From Vicugna vicugna (Eukaryota): DNA of 64,000 bases. The notes under the pieces are model-generated. The model was not told the origin of the DNA. It saw only the letters and a list, made by a program, of their open reading frames with translations, and did no database searches. Positions 39,093 to 51,765 of this stretch are shown here, piece after piece (within the stretch, counting starts at the first letter, position 1; each line of letters begins with the position of its first letter). Position numbers and translations under genes: made by a program. Location: assembly GCA_013265495.1 (NCBI GenBank), contig MU058444.1:2418001-2482000 (forward strand), read 5' to 3'.

Positions 39093-39311
39093 GTCAGCTG
39101 GACAACCTGCCCTACCTCCCCCTGGGACACGGTTACACACAAAATTCAGGGGAAAGCCCAAATGATCATGGGTGACTTCAAGTCGATCGCCATGTTCTGA
39201 CTACATAAAGCCACCTTTGACAATAAATCTAACATCTGTGAAAGAAATTTCCAACTTGGAAAATTAAAGCCAAATTGTGGACAATGATGAAGTTAAGCCA
39301 GAAAATTCTTA

Positions 39312-39446
39312 GGGGGGAGGCTATAGCTCAGTGGTAGAGCGCATGCTTAGCATACATGCTTAACATATTGGTTCAATCCCCAATACCTCCATTAAAGTAA
39401 ATAAATAAACCTAATCACCTCCCCACCCTCCAAACGACAAAAAACT
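39312..39446 (+). mobile_element. tRNA-Ala-derived SINE
   Basis: ggggggaggctatagctcagtggtagagcgcatgcttagc...ggttcaatcccc. TSD agaaaattc(t/c)ta. Confidence 0.88.
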
Positions 39447-39964
39447 AGAAAATTCCTAAACCAGTGGCAGAGGGACAATTACACACAAAGGGTCCTAAAA
39501 CTACACCAGGGAGACGAGGTGAGTCTCATCCCGTGCCTGCCTGCTGAACACAGTTCTATTCTCCCAGCTTCTCTTAGTCGAGAAACCGAGGCTAAGAAAG
39601 AGAAAGAAAAATACCATATGATATCATATGTGGAATCTAAAAAGAAAAAAGAGGACACTAATGAACTCAGCTACAAAACAGAAACAGGCTCACAGACGTA
39701 GTCAATAATCTTATGGTTACTGGGGGAAAGGGGGTGGGAAGGGATAAATTTGGGTGTTTGAGATTTGCAAATGTTAACCACTATGTATAAAAACAGATAA
39801 AAACAAAAAAATTAATCAAATGATACCAAATGAAAACAGGAAAAAAAGAAACAGTGGCTAGAGGTATAAGTTCTGTTAGAATCAGGTATCAGCCTGGGAA
39901 AATATGTCATCATGAGACAGCAGTTAAATCCTCACAATCTAACGTTCAGAATATTTGAATCTTA

Positions 39965-40500
39965 GTGCACTGGTTTCCTTCTGCTATGTAACAGATCACT
40001 GCACACTCAGTGATTTGCAAGAATGCAAATGTATTACCCCAGCGTTCTGCAGGTCCGAGGTGTGGTGCTGGCAGGCGCACTCCTTTCTGGAGGCTCTGGA
40101 GAGGAGTCTGTTTCCTGCCCACGGGGGCTGCTGAAGAATTCAGTTTCTCGTGGTTGTAGAGCTGTTTTACGGCCGACTGTAACCTGAACGCCGTTCCCTG
40201 GTTCATGGCCCACTTCCAACCGTCTTCCAAGTCAGCCCTGCACGCCGAGTCCCCCTCACTCTTCAAATTTCTCCTCCTTCCTCCGTGTCTTTTTTCTGAC
40301 CTACTCTTCTGTCTCCCTCTTCTGTATTAAAGGGCTCTTGTGATGCGATTGGGCCCACGTGGATAATCCAGGAATCCAGCATCTCAAAGTTCTTTAATGA
40401 TATTTACAAAGTTGATTTCCCCCATAAGGTAACATATTCGCACGTCCCAGGGATTACAATGTGGATATTGCCAGCTGGCCATTACTCTGCTGACCACACT
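39965..40500. mobile_element. MaLR LTR (MLT1-like)
   Basis: tttccttctgctatgtaaca...ttctggaggctctggagagga...attgggcccacgtggataatccagg...aaggtaacatattc...ctgctgaccaca. Confidence 0.7.
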
Positions 40501-40791
40501 TAACAGGAAGTGCTGGGGATGGACCAGGCCTTAAGGCACCAATCCAGGTTACATGACAAGAATTTGTATACATTCTGGAACAAATACGTCATAAATATGG
40601 GGCATTCTCTCAAAGATAACATTACCCTCTAATCCTTGAAATGTAAAATATATATTAAAAGCATAACAGATCACCTTAAGGAATGTTGATTTTGTTTCCT
40701 GGTATGTATTCCTTCAATTAGTAACTGATTTCTTCAGATATTTTTCCTTTTCTTTCTCAGTTGTTTCAATTATTGCTTTTAATTATTTTAG

Positions 40792-40984
40792 TTCAAGATT
40801 GAGAAATGGCAGATTGCCCGCTGTAACAAGAGCAAGCCTCAGAAGTTCATCAATGATTTAATGCAAGTGCTTTACACAAATGAATACATGGCCACACACA
40901 GCCTGACAGGGGCCAAATCCTCTACTTCGAGGGACAAGGCGGTAAAACCAGCTATGAATCAGAATGAAGTTCAAGAGATCATAG
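40792..40984 (+). CDS. BEND6: BEND6 coding exon 4 (FKIEKWQIARCNKSKPQKFINDLMQVLYTNEYMATHSLTG...EVQEII; BEN domain)
   Basis: Acceptor ttattttag|TTC, donor ATAG|gtgatg. 193 nt. Contains the BEN-domain-type L..LY...MA.HSLTG motif. Confidence 0.96.
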
Positions 40985-41102
40985 GTGATGATACGATTGC
41001 ATTGCACTGTCAAATGAATTTGAAATTATTTTGCCATTCAGGTTTAAGTTGTTCTTTGATCATCTTTTTTTCCTTCAACTTTCTTTTTCTTTTTTTCTCC
41101 CC

Positions 41103-41280
41103 TTTTTTTTAATTGAAGTATAGTCAGTTTACAATATTGTGTCAATTTCTGGTGTACAGAATAAGATTCCAGTCATACATATGCATACATAGATTCGTTT
41201 TCATTCTTTTTCATTATAGGTTATTATAAGATATTGAATATAGTTCCCTGTGCTCTACAGAAAAAACTTGTTGTATATCC
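41103..41280 (-). mobile_element. LINE-1 3' fragment (similar short antisense copies at ~42045-42310, ~44045-44225, ~53640-53810, ~54815-54985)
   Basis: ttttttaattgaagtatagt...ttccctgtgct signature. Confidence 0.85.
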
Positions 41281-42375
41281 GAATTTGTCTTTGAGAGAAA
41301 AATCTTAGGATAGCCTAAAACCTCTTATTATATTTGGGGAATTCTGTGGAAAAAACTTTACGTTAAAAGTAGTTAGTCAAATAAAAATAAATGTTATACC
41401 AGTGAAGAGTTTGGATTCATATAATTAATAGCTTTAGAAAAGTGAATTTTATCAAATCTTCTTGAACAAAATTTTAGTAACAGCTTGTATCTTATTTTCT
41501 CTTCCTTATCTTGATTATATACATATTCTTTATTTCTAATTCAGAAAAATAGGTTATGGTTTTCATCCTATTTGTGGTTTTTAAGTTAATCTCCTTAAAT
41601 AAAATAATCTATATGACCAAGTAATTTTTTTTTGCAAATATCCAACAAATTTAGAGAATCACTGAATCCAAACTCTCTCTATGTTAATCATATGTCATTT
41701 ATCAGTTAGAAAAGAGTCAATCACAATCTACCTGTTTCAACTGATGTTGGGAACAGATAAAAATAAATTCCTCGCATTTTGGATCAAGGGCGCTTAGCAT
41801 TCAGAGCAGTACCAAGGTCAAAGCTGAGTGAAAGACCAGCATGTATGCGCTGAGTTTATGATACAGACCTTTGCTATGCCTTGCTTCGCTTTCAAAAATC
41901 TGCCTGTAGATTCTTCTATTTAAATACCTCATGGGTGTTTGGGCTGCTTTTTCAAGATGGAGACAAAGTTATAATGTGAATTGCTTGATGCTTTATCTCA
42001 GCTCATACCTTAAGATGCAAAGGCCTGATAAAGTGGGGTTTTTTAAATTAATTAATTAATTTTTATCAAAGTATAGTTGATGTATATTATATAAATTATA
42101 GGTGTACAATACGGTGATTCACAAGTTTTCATGTTTATGCCCCATTTATAGCTATTATAAAATACTTGCTATATAGTCCCCGTGTTGCACAGTAGATCCT
42201 CGTGGCCTATTTCATACCTGAGAGTTTGTACCTCTTCTCCCTCCCCCATCTGCTCCCCCCTTCCGACTGGTAACCACCGGTTTGTTCTCTGTATCTGTGA
42301 GTCTGCTTCTTCCTTCTGATAAGGTGTTTTTGTGTGTTTGGTGGTTGTTTTTCTCTTGTTTGTTTTTTTTTACAG

Positions 42376-42503
42376 GAGTCACAAAACAGTTATTTCCCAA
42401 CACAGACGATGTTTCAATTAGGAGAATGATAGGGCAAAAGCTAAACAACTGCACCAAGAAGCCAAATTTAAGCAAAAATCTGAACTCTCAGGATGTTAAG
42501 TAG
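42376..42503 (+). CDS. BEND6: BEND6 coding exon 5 (GVTKQLFPNTDDVSIRRMIGQKLNNCTKKPNLSKNLNSQDVK*; end of BEN domain)
   Basis: Acceptor ttttttttacag|GA and TAG at 42501-42503, followed 9 nt later by a strong donor CG|gtaagt (42512/42513). The five exons sum to 840 nt = 279 aa + stop. Confidence 0.96.
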
Positions 42504-42855
42504 AGCCTTTCGGTAAGTCTTGCAAATCTTCACAATCCTTTCTGTGGGGCAAGAAGATGTAATACCTGTGCTCACGGAACAGCACGGATCTGCACACACA
42601 CCCCTAGAGAAGACCAGAGGCCTGGGAGGTGCTCACAGGTGTTCCTGGGGGCAGAGGCAGGGGCAGGGGCAGGGAAGGGGGCTGCATGTGGGAAGTGCTG
42701 CGTCAGTTACCCAGATTTTCCTTTCCCCGAGCCTCTCACGTCTTTTGACACCCTCTAAACATGCCCAAGTGCACCAGAGTCTTAAGAAGGGGAGAGGGTA
42801 GGTGGTGTTTTCCAGGTGTGTTTTGCTGAGAAACTTGTCTTCTTCACAGAGCATT

Positions 42856-43510
42856 TGTTACCTTGTGGGTGTGTTGCCAGCGGTGAGGGTCTTGTCTCGC
42901 TGCAGAAAGAATTCAGAGATGGGACGCGGAGGTTAAGGAAGTAAAGTCAGGATTTATTAAGGGATGGAGAGCACCCTCTCAAAGGGAGGTGGGCAGGCTC
43001 AGGTGAGCGGCTGCCCTGAGTGTCTTTGGCAAGTTGGTTACAGAGGGTGTGAAATGAATGGGCGGAATATTCACTGGGGAGGGAAGCGTTTGGGGTCATA
43101 TTCCCGACTTTTATTCCAGCTCCACCTTCCCAAGGGGAGGAGGGGTTTTTGTCGTTATTTAGTCTGGGTCCGAAGTGTCATGGCATCGGTGACATCGGTG
43201 CAATGGGCACTTCTAATCTGCAAGGCTAATTTTATTGAAATCAGAGCATAATGAGCAAAAGGTTACATTCGTACACTGGAGATTCCTGCCTTTTCCCACC
43301 TTTCCTTGTTGGCCTCCAGGGCCCTTGTCACCCCAAACTGTGTGACCGCTCATCAGCCCATAGGTTCCTGCTTGCCTTTCTCTGCCCAGGGGCCCCTGGT
43401 GCTTACATGATGTAGGGTTTCCTGCATTTGGCCGGTGCCCTTCCTTTGTGCCCAATTCCTGCCATTTGGCCTGCATCCCCTTTCTCTGCTCATATATCTG
43501 CCTGCTCTCA
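42856..43510 (-). mobile_element. Solo ERV LTR (relatively young)
   Basis: TG...CA ends and AATAAA on the minus strand (tttatt 42954). LTR-like GC content with retained CpGs. Exact left end uncertain (42856 or 42872). Confidence 0.65.
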
Positions 43511-45311
43511 CTAGTGGGGGTAGAAAGGAACCTGAAGAGGGACTCACAACAGTTCAGGAGGTGTTTCTCTAGAACAAGGGCGATACAGACCCTGGGGAAT
43601 CTCTGAAGCACATGACCAGGACTGACTGACAACACTAACAGTGGTTCGACCTGTGTACAAACCATGGGCTGGAAGTCCCCAGGGGTCTCCTCTCCCTCCC
43701 CACTCTGCTTCTCCGTGCTTGAAATCCTTAAGTCAGTGGTTACAGTCTATATTGGTTTGAGAGGGATTCTACCAATATGTTTGCATTACACGAAAAGGAA
43801 GAATGATTTGTTTTTAGCGAGTTCTGAAGGAAATACACGTTACGGTCAGGGCCTGCCAAGGCAAGACTGGGACGTGGAATTTTGTGTTTGCTTTGGCCAC
43901 TCAGAGTCCTGGCCCTTTCACTTGTTCTCACCCTCCCTCTCCATCATGTTGATGGAAACTATGTGACAAATATGCACTGTTGTGCTATTAATATTTTATT
44001 TGATAAACAGGTATATGATAAACAAGAGGGCAGGTTTTCCTTTCCTTTTCTTTTTTTTTTTAATTGAAGTATATAGTCAGTTACAATGCATCAGTTTCTG
44101 GTGCACAGCATCATGTCCCAGTCATGCGTATATATACTTGAATTCGTTTTCATATTCTTTTTCATTAAAAGTTATTACAAGATATTGAATATAGTTCTCT
44201 GTGCTGGACAGAAGAAATTTGTTTATCTGTTTTTCTTCCTCCCCTTTTCTTTACTTCCACCTTTGATTTCCATTTTCCTGCTTTCACCTGGCCACTCTGA
44301 GGCCATGCCACGTGTCCTTTTCTTCTGACTGGGATGTGGAACTGCGTGTAATGCAGTGACTCCCCACCTCCACCACCCACCCACTGCGACTCCCACCCCC
44401 TCCTCCTCGAGGGTCCTTTACCATCTTGCTCTACAATTAAGGCTACCACTGATGAGATGCAACAATACTCTCTCTTCCTTAAAAAAACAGAACACAATAA
44501 CCTCCCCAAACAAAAAAAATCTACTTATAACAGCTGCAGAGGAATTCTTTCCCTTGGCTCATACATATTCACAGACCAACTTGAAGATCTACAGAAGACA
44601 AGGAAATTTGTAGCCTTTTTCTCCCCCAAGGGAATAAAAATTTGGGTTGATTGTGAGTTTCACAGCCTCCCAGTTAGGAGATCATTGCTTAATTGAGACC
44701 TTAGAATTTCTGATTTTGACATGAGGAGCCAGTTATCCTGATGTGTAACAGCCAAGCTCCCTGTCTAAAAGCCATGTAACCACACCTTCAGGTCACAGGG
44801 CTGTCCTCTGGAGCACATTATGGTATTTCGGAGCTCTGCAAAGCAATTTGATATCCTAACTTCTGCCTTTTTCATCTCTCAGGCTGCCAAGGGTACGCAC
44901 AAAACTCATCTCTGACAATGGTCAGCAGAGTATTGAAGAAATTATAGCTAAAAGGTTTTTATATCAGTTTTGCTTGTACTTGCCAGTGGTGGTGTTATTA
45001 AATCACCTGGCTATGACATTAATTAAAATAGAAAAAAGGAAGAAATCTTTTTTTATCCACATAGTATGTTCTGGCACCTTCCGGGCCTGGCTCGTGCTTG
45101 GTTGCCATAATGCTTGGAATAGAAATGCTTAAAATTTGAGTCAGAAGTAGAGATTAACACTAAAATGGAATTTCTTTAAATTAGCAGGTATCTTTCATGT
45201 GAAGAATAGTTAAATCCAAATTATTTCAAAAGGACTGAGAAAATACCCTAGGAAAGGCAGGGTCGCATAAAACCAACCTCATTCAGCCATGCCTGCTGCA
45301 TGGGTCAGATA

Positions 45312-45327
45312 TAGCACCACCTGGTGG
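45312..45327 (-). promoter_or_regulatory. Candidate CTCF site
   Basis: Minus strand reads CCACCAGGTGGTGCTA, close to the CTCF core consensus CCASYAGRKGGCRS. Lies in non-repeat intronic sequence. Confidence 0.55.
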
Positions 45328-45984
45328 AACGCTGCTGTAATTTCTCTTGTTGCTCCTGTTACTAACAGGAGCCTAAAGTGACTGTATTTATTCAGGCGAA
45401 CCACACTCCCTCCTCACCCCGACCCCAAAAGTATTCCTTGGAAAAATAATTTTCCTTCCACTCCTATAAGCAAGGCAGTAGGTACTGCAGAACACTTCTG
45501 CGAATTCCAGTACACCCGAGAAAAACCGAGCAACCCCGCCGTGCGTCCTGGTAGGCTATGCCCTCCACCCAGTGCAGAGCTCAAAGCTGCCGCTGGCTTG
45601 GATTTGAAACGACAACCGTTTCCCAGCTGAGACTTCTGTCTGTGAGGAGGAGAGCTAAATTCCACGCAGCCCCTTTCTTCGCCCGTTCATTCGCACGCCT
45701 CCGGCTGCTCTCAAGTGACCTGCAGCTCACGCCTGGCCTTGAGCTTGAGGCTGTCAGTCTCCCTGGCCTCGCTCCATTATTTTGCTTCTTTCTTACAAGA
45801 GCTGAAGGAGATTTTATTTCTAAGAATTACAGAATATTAGAATATCACCTCTGTAACACCCCATGAAGGGGTCAAACAGCCTTCTCTTGAAATTTCCGTA
45901 ACAGCCCCAGTTTACATAATGTCTACCGCAGTGTTGCATATGCATGTAACTGAAAGATGATCGAATACAATGGCACTGAAACTA

Positions 45985-46175
45985 AGTGGGAGGCATTGTG
46001 TCCCTGCCCCTGAAATAGGGGATATTTGAAAATGTCTGGAGGTACTCTGGGTTGTCATAACTGGGTGATACTACTGGCCTCTAGTGGACAGGAGCCAGGG
46101 ATACTGTGACACATCTTACAAGGCATAGGACAGCCCCCACAACAAAGAACTACCCAGTCCAAAAGGTCAGTTCTG
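45985..46175. mobile_element. MER20 DNA transposon
   Basis: aatgtctggag...gggttgtcataactggg...tactggcctctagtgg...gccagggatactg...catcttacaaggcataggacagcccccacaacaaagaa. Confidence 0.8.
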
Positions 46176-48573
46176 GTCGAAAATGACTTCTTGGCCACCA
46201 AGATGGCGGGGTAGGAAGACCCAGAGCTCAGAGGGCCCGCCCAGACTACACCTGTTTACAGACCATCCATCAATGCAAGTGACCCGAAGACTAGCAGAAA
46301 AGATCTTCTGCAACTAAGGATATACAGAAGGAACCCAAACAAGAAGGGTGGAGATGCGGTACAGTCAAGACCCACATCCCCAGGTGGGTGACTCACAAAT
46401 GGGAGGATAATCACACTTGTAGAGGTTCTCCCCAAGAAGTGAGGGGTCCAAGACTCATATCGAGCTTCCCAGGCCTGGGGTCCTCCATCAGGAAGACGGG
46501 CCCCTATAACGTCTTGCCTTGAAGGCCAGTGGGGCTTGCATTCAGGAGACGCAAGGGGCTGTAGGAAATGGAGACTCCACTTTTAAAGGGCTCGTGCAGA
46601 ACTGCACACACTCCAGGTCCCAGCTCAGAGGCAATAATCCGAAAGGAGCCTGGGTCAGAACCAGCTGCTGACTTTAAGTCTCCAGGAGAGACAGGAGGCA
46701 ACTTGGACTCCCCCTGTGGACACAGATACTGGAAGCAGACATTTTGAGGAGCTGCTTCTACCACGAGGACACTGGTGCTGGCAAGTCCTCCCTCTTGCCT
46801 GTTAGTGTGGAGGCTTACCCGCCTGCCAGCTGGTCACCATCAGTCCTGGGACCCCCTCAGGCTGAGCAGAGACCTGGCCCTGCCCACTAGCAGGCCTGAA
46901 CCAGCCCTGGGAGCCCCTGGCCCCATAGCTAGCATGCCAGGACCCAGCACTGCACACCAGTGGGCTGCCCCATAGCCAGCTGCCCTAGGACACCCCGGGA
47001 CACCCCAGGGCTGCAGCCAGCCTCCCCAGGACCCTGCCTCACTCACCAGTGGGCCAGCACCAGCCCAGGGACGCCACGGGCCTGGCAGCCAAGTGGACCA
47101 GGGGCCAGCCCCGTGTTGCAGCGCACCCACAGTAGTCAGCCCAGCCACAACAGAAGGGGCCACCCAGCCCACATGGGGCACGCCTACCGCATGTAGCCCT
47201 GGTGACCAGACGGGAGTGCACTGCTGGGCCCACAGGAGGACTCCTACAAGGAGAAGACTCTCCAAGATTGGGAGATACAACCAACCTAATACATACAAAT
47301 AACAAAGGGAATTGGGCAAAATGAGGAGACGAAGGAGCAAGATAAAACCCCAAAAGAACGAAGTGAAGTGCAGATAAGCAATCAACCCCGTAAAGAGTTC
47401 ATGGTAATCATCATAAAGATGCCAACAAACTGGGAGAAGAGAGGATGAACACATTGACACGTTTAATGAAGGGTTGGAAAATACAAAGAAGAACCAGAGC
47501 TGAAGCATACAATAACTGAAATGAAAAATGAAAAATATACTAGAAGGAATTAACAAGAGATTAGATAATACAGAGGAACAGATAAGTGAACTGGAAGACA
47601 GAGAGGTGGAAATTACCCAACCTGAACAGGAAAAAGCGAAAGAATTTTTAAAAATAGGGACAGTTTTAAAGACTTCTAAGACAACATCAAATGTACTAAT
47701 GTTCACATTTTTGAGGTCCCAGAAGAAGAAGAGAGAGAGAAAGGGGAGAGAACTTACTTGAAGTGATAACAACTGAACATTTTCCTAACCTAGGAAAGGA
47801 AACAGACATCCATGTCCCAGTAGCATAGAGAGTCCCAAACAAGATGACCAGGGCACACTATAATTGAAACAATAAAAATTAAAGATAAAGAGAGAATCTT
47901 AAAAGCAGCAAGGAAATAAAACCTTGGAAAAAACAGTTGTATACAAGGGAACTTCCGTAAGACTGTCAGCTGACCTTTTAGCAGAAACTTTGCAAGCCAG
48001 AAAGGTGTGGCATGATATATTTAGAGTGATGAAAGGAAAAAAACCTAAATCAAACCTAAATACTCCACTTAGCAGGGCTATCATTGAGATCTGAAGTAGA
48101 GATGAATTTCCCAAATGAGCAAAATCTAATAGAGTTTAGCGCCACCAAACCATCTTTACAAGCCATATTAAAGGGACTTCTCTAAGTGGAAAAGAAAGAC
48201 CACAGCTAGAAATATAAAATTACAAAAGGAGAAAATCTCATTGATAAGGGCAAACATACAGTGAAGGTACCCACTACTTATAAAGTAGGAAGGTTAAAAG
48301 ACAGAATCATCTGTATCCACAATAAGTAGTTAAGGGATACACAAACACAAAGGATGTCAAAAACATTGGTGGGGAAGAGTAAAAATGCAGTGTTGTTGGA
48401 ATGCATTTGAACTTAGGAGATTATCAACTTAAAATAATCATGTATGTGTAGGTTGCTATATATAAACCTCATGGTAACTACAAAGCAAAAATTGATAATA
48501 GATACACATACAAAAAAAGAGAAAGCAATCCAAACATAGCTCTAAACATAGTCATCAAATCACAAGGGAAGAG

Positions 48574-48693
48574 GGGGAAGGGTATAGCTCAAGTGGTAGA
48601 GCACACGCTCAGCACCCAAGAGGTCAGGGGTTTGATCCCCAGTACCTCATCCAAGCAGAAATCAATGAAGAAACCTAATTACCTCCCCCACAT
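48574..48693 (+). mobile_element. tRNA-Ala-derived SINE nested in L1
   Basis: SINE body with TSD aaatcacaagg(g/a)aagag at ~48557-48573 and ~48694-48710. Confidence 0.88.
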
Positions 48694-49341
48694 AAATCAC
48701 AAGGAAAGAGCACAAAAGAAGAGCAAAGAACAGGGGGTAAAAAAAGAACAGTGAAGGAAACTATCAACAAAATGAAAAGGCAGCCTACTGAATGGGAGAG
48801 TATACTTGCAAATGACATACACAATAAGTTAATATCCAAAATATACAAAGAACTCTTGCAACTCAACATTAAAAAAAAAAGCAATTAAAAAACAGGTAGA
48901 GGAACTGAGTAGACATTTTTCTAAAGAAGACATAAAGATGGCCAACAGGCACAAAAGTTGCTCAGCATCACTAGTCATCAGAAATGCAAATCAGAACCAC
49001 AACGAGATACCACCTCACACTTGTCAGAATGGCTATCACCAAAAGACAGCAAATAACAAGTGTTGGCGAGGATGTAGAGAAAAGGGAACTGTCGTACACG
49101 GTTGGTGGGAATGTAAATTGATGCAGCCACTATGCAAAACAATACGAAGATTCCTCAAGTAATTAAAAATAGAACTGCCATACAATCCAGCAATTCAACT
49201 TCTGGATATTTTTCGAAAGAAAATAAAAACACTAATTGGAAAGGATATATGCACCCCTATGTTCATTGCACCATTATTCACAACAGCCAGTGTATGGAAG
49301 CAACCTAGGTGCCCACTGACAGATGAATAGATAAAGATGTT

Positions 49342-49367
49342 TAGATAGATAGATAGATAGATAGATA
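49342..49367. repeat. (TAGA)n microsatellite within L1
   Basis: Direct reading. Confidence 0.9.
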
Positions 49368-50342
49368 TGTAGTTAGATATCCATTAAAAAGAATGAAATC
49401 CTGCCATTTGTGACAACATGGATGGACCTAGAGGGTATTGTACTAAGTTAAAGTCAGACAGAAAAAGACAAATATATGTTTTCACATATATGTAGAATCT
49501 AAAAAAACAAAACAAACAAATAAACATAAACTAGCAGAGTCATAGATACAGAACAAATATTTGCCAGAAAGGAGGGCTGGTGGGATGAGTGAAATTGATG
49601 AGGGAGACTGAGGTATGGCTTTCCACTTACAAAATAAATAAATGATGGGGACGGAACGTACATCGTGGAGAATATAGTCAATAATAATGTAATGTCTTTG
49701 TGTGGTGACAGATGGTAATGAGACTTATTGTGGTGATCACTTTGAAGAGTATAGAAGTATTGAATCACTATGTTGTACACCAGGAACTAACATAGTGTGG
49801 TAGATCAACTATACTTTAAAAAAAAAACACCCAAACCAAATAAACTCATAGAAAAAGACATGAGATTTGTGCCTGGTGTTACCAGAGGAAGTGGATAGAG
49901 GGAAAGAGAACTGGATGAAGGATATTCTAACTGTACAAACTTTCAGCTATAAGATAAATAAGTACTAGGGATCTGATGGACAACATGATAAATAAAATTA
50001 ACACTGCTGAGTGTTACATATGAAAATTGTTAAAAGAGTAAATCCTAAGAGTTCTCATCACAAGGGAAAAAATTCCTTTTTCTTTTATTTTGTATTATAT
50101 GAGATGATGAATGTTCACTAAACTTGTGGCAATCATTTCATGATGATGTAAGTCAAATTATTATGCTGTACACCTGACAAATGTATATCAATTATATCTC
50201 AATAATACTGGAAGAAAAAAATGAATTCCTTCTTTTGGAGATAATGAAACTCAAACTAAAAAGGTTAAGCGAACTGTCAAAGTTAACACGATTAGTAACT
50301 ATTAGAGAGCCAACGCTAGCATGTAGTTCTTTGCATTTCTTA

Positions 50343-50735
50343 TTGCATTAGTCTTGGTTCTCCAGAATTAGTCATGGTTCTCCAGAGAAACAGAACCAAT
50401 AGGATGTTTATTTAGATTTATTTTAAGGAGTTGGCATAGACTATTTGCAGGGCAGGCTAGCAGGCTGGAGACCCAGGGAAGAGTGGATGTTGCAGTCTTG
50501 ATTCCAAAGACTATCTGGACTTTTAAGGATTCCTCTTCCTTGGAGGACCTCAGTCTTTTTGTTTAAGGCTTTCAACTGATTGGATGAGACCCACCCACAT
50601 TATGGAGGGTAATCTGCTTTACTGAAAATCTACTGATTTACATGTTAATCTTATCTAAAAATTACCTTCCCAGCAACATCTAGCCTGGCATTCAACCGAA
50701 CAACTGGGTACCTTAGCCTAGCCAAGTTGAAAAAT
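50343..50735. mobile_element. ERVL LTR (MLT2-like)
   Basis: ttctccagagaaacagaaccaatagga...ttcaactgattggatgagacccacccacattatggagggtaatctgcttta...agcctagccaagttga. Confidence 0.8.
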
Positions 50736-50892
50736 TAAATGTTCTAGGATCAGAAAGTCTGGTGTTTTATTTTTAGAAAGTCTGATTTTGAAGCCTGCTC
50801 CACCTCTTAATAAATGTGTGGCTTCTGAGGAATTCTTGACATCTCTGAACTTTGAGTCAAACAGGGATAATAATACTATCTACCTCAGTGAT

Positions 50893-51765
50893 GGAGCCAG
50901 AATTTGTGGGACCTGAAGCGTAATAGAATTGGGAGAACTCTCTTTAAGAAAGAAACACAAAATTATGAAGGTGCCATCAGTAACAACTCTGTAAATTAAT
51001 TCAGAATAAATAAATCATGAAAACTACATGATATTTAAAAGTTAGCAAATTTCTCAAATATCACATAATATGGGGGAAATTACATATGTTTATTAGTAAC
51101 TGTAGTACTTTTATCTTTTTTTGAGTTTGCATAACTGTTGACTGCTTCTTCATTTGACAATTTTATAATAGCTTTTTCTATAGAAAGAATAGAAAAATAA
51201 CTTAGATCATTCTCTAGCATAGTTGGTGGAAAATTGCTTTTTTTTTCTTTTTGACAATTTACAGAGTTTTTTTTCAAATTCTCAACTCTTTACAATGTAA
51301 TTTTTAGGATTGTTGTCAAATTTGGGGAAAACACTATTGAGTTTCTTTGATATCTGCGTTGTAAGATTTCAGGGCATTTCAGGTTTTCTATGGAGTGCAT
51401 GCTCTTAAATATTCTTTGAATTGACCACATTCATAGTATTCCTACAAGACACTGCATACTGGAGTGGCCAGCACTAATGTAACTATACACGGAAGAGATT
51501 ATAAAGCACAAAAATATGTTCCAGTTAATCCAAATCTCAGAAGTGCCCACTGCCACTTCCTGGTTATAATCGGAGGAGAAAATATGACTGGGGAGCAGTT
51601 AAAATGGAAAGAGACAGAGGTCTTAACTGAGGATGACTGAAATATCTAATTTTGGCAAATTTAACAAAAATATATAAACATGTGAAGATAATGCTAGAGC
51701 CCTGTTTTTTTGGAAGTTACCTATATTAGTAAGCTTTATTAGCTTCCCAGTAATTCCACCTCTGA
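50893..51765 (-). mobile_element. hAT-Tip100 fossil (Zaphod/MER115-like)
   Basis: Terminal taagctttattagcttcccagtaattccacctctg. Minus ORF 51080..51277 (LSYFSILSIE...L.NEEAVNSYA) resembles the hAT C-terminal dimerisation region. Confidence 0.6.

Larger units (their letters stand above)
46195..50220 (+). mobile_element. LINE-1, internally deleted: GC-rich 5'UTR, degenerate ORF1 (~47320-48185), ORF2 C-terminal remnant (~48750-49330), 3'UTR
   Basis: Starts with caagatggcg (YY1-type L1 5' end). ORF1p-like peptides MKNILEGINKRLDNTEEQISELEDR and KERILKAAR...RLSADLLAETLQAR. ORF2 C-terminal KETINKMKRQPTEWE. A-rich ends at ~49817 and ~50215. Confidence 0.9.

Noticed and set aside
40751..40791. Upstream acceptor tctttctcag at 40760 for coding exon 4
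   Set aside because: It would add 31 nt and shift the frame; the AG at 40790-40791 gives the expected 279 aa protein.
46840..47772. 310 aa minus-strand ORF
   Set aside because: Antisense reading of the L1 5'UTR/ORF1; its hydrophobic composition is typical of antisense L1.
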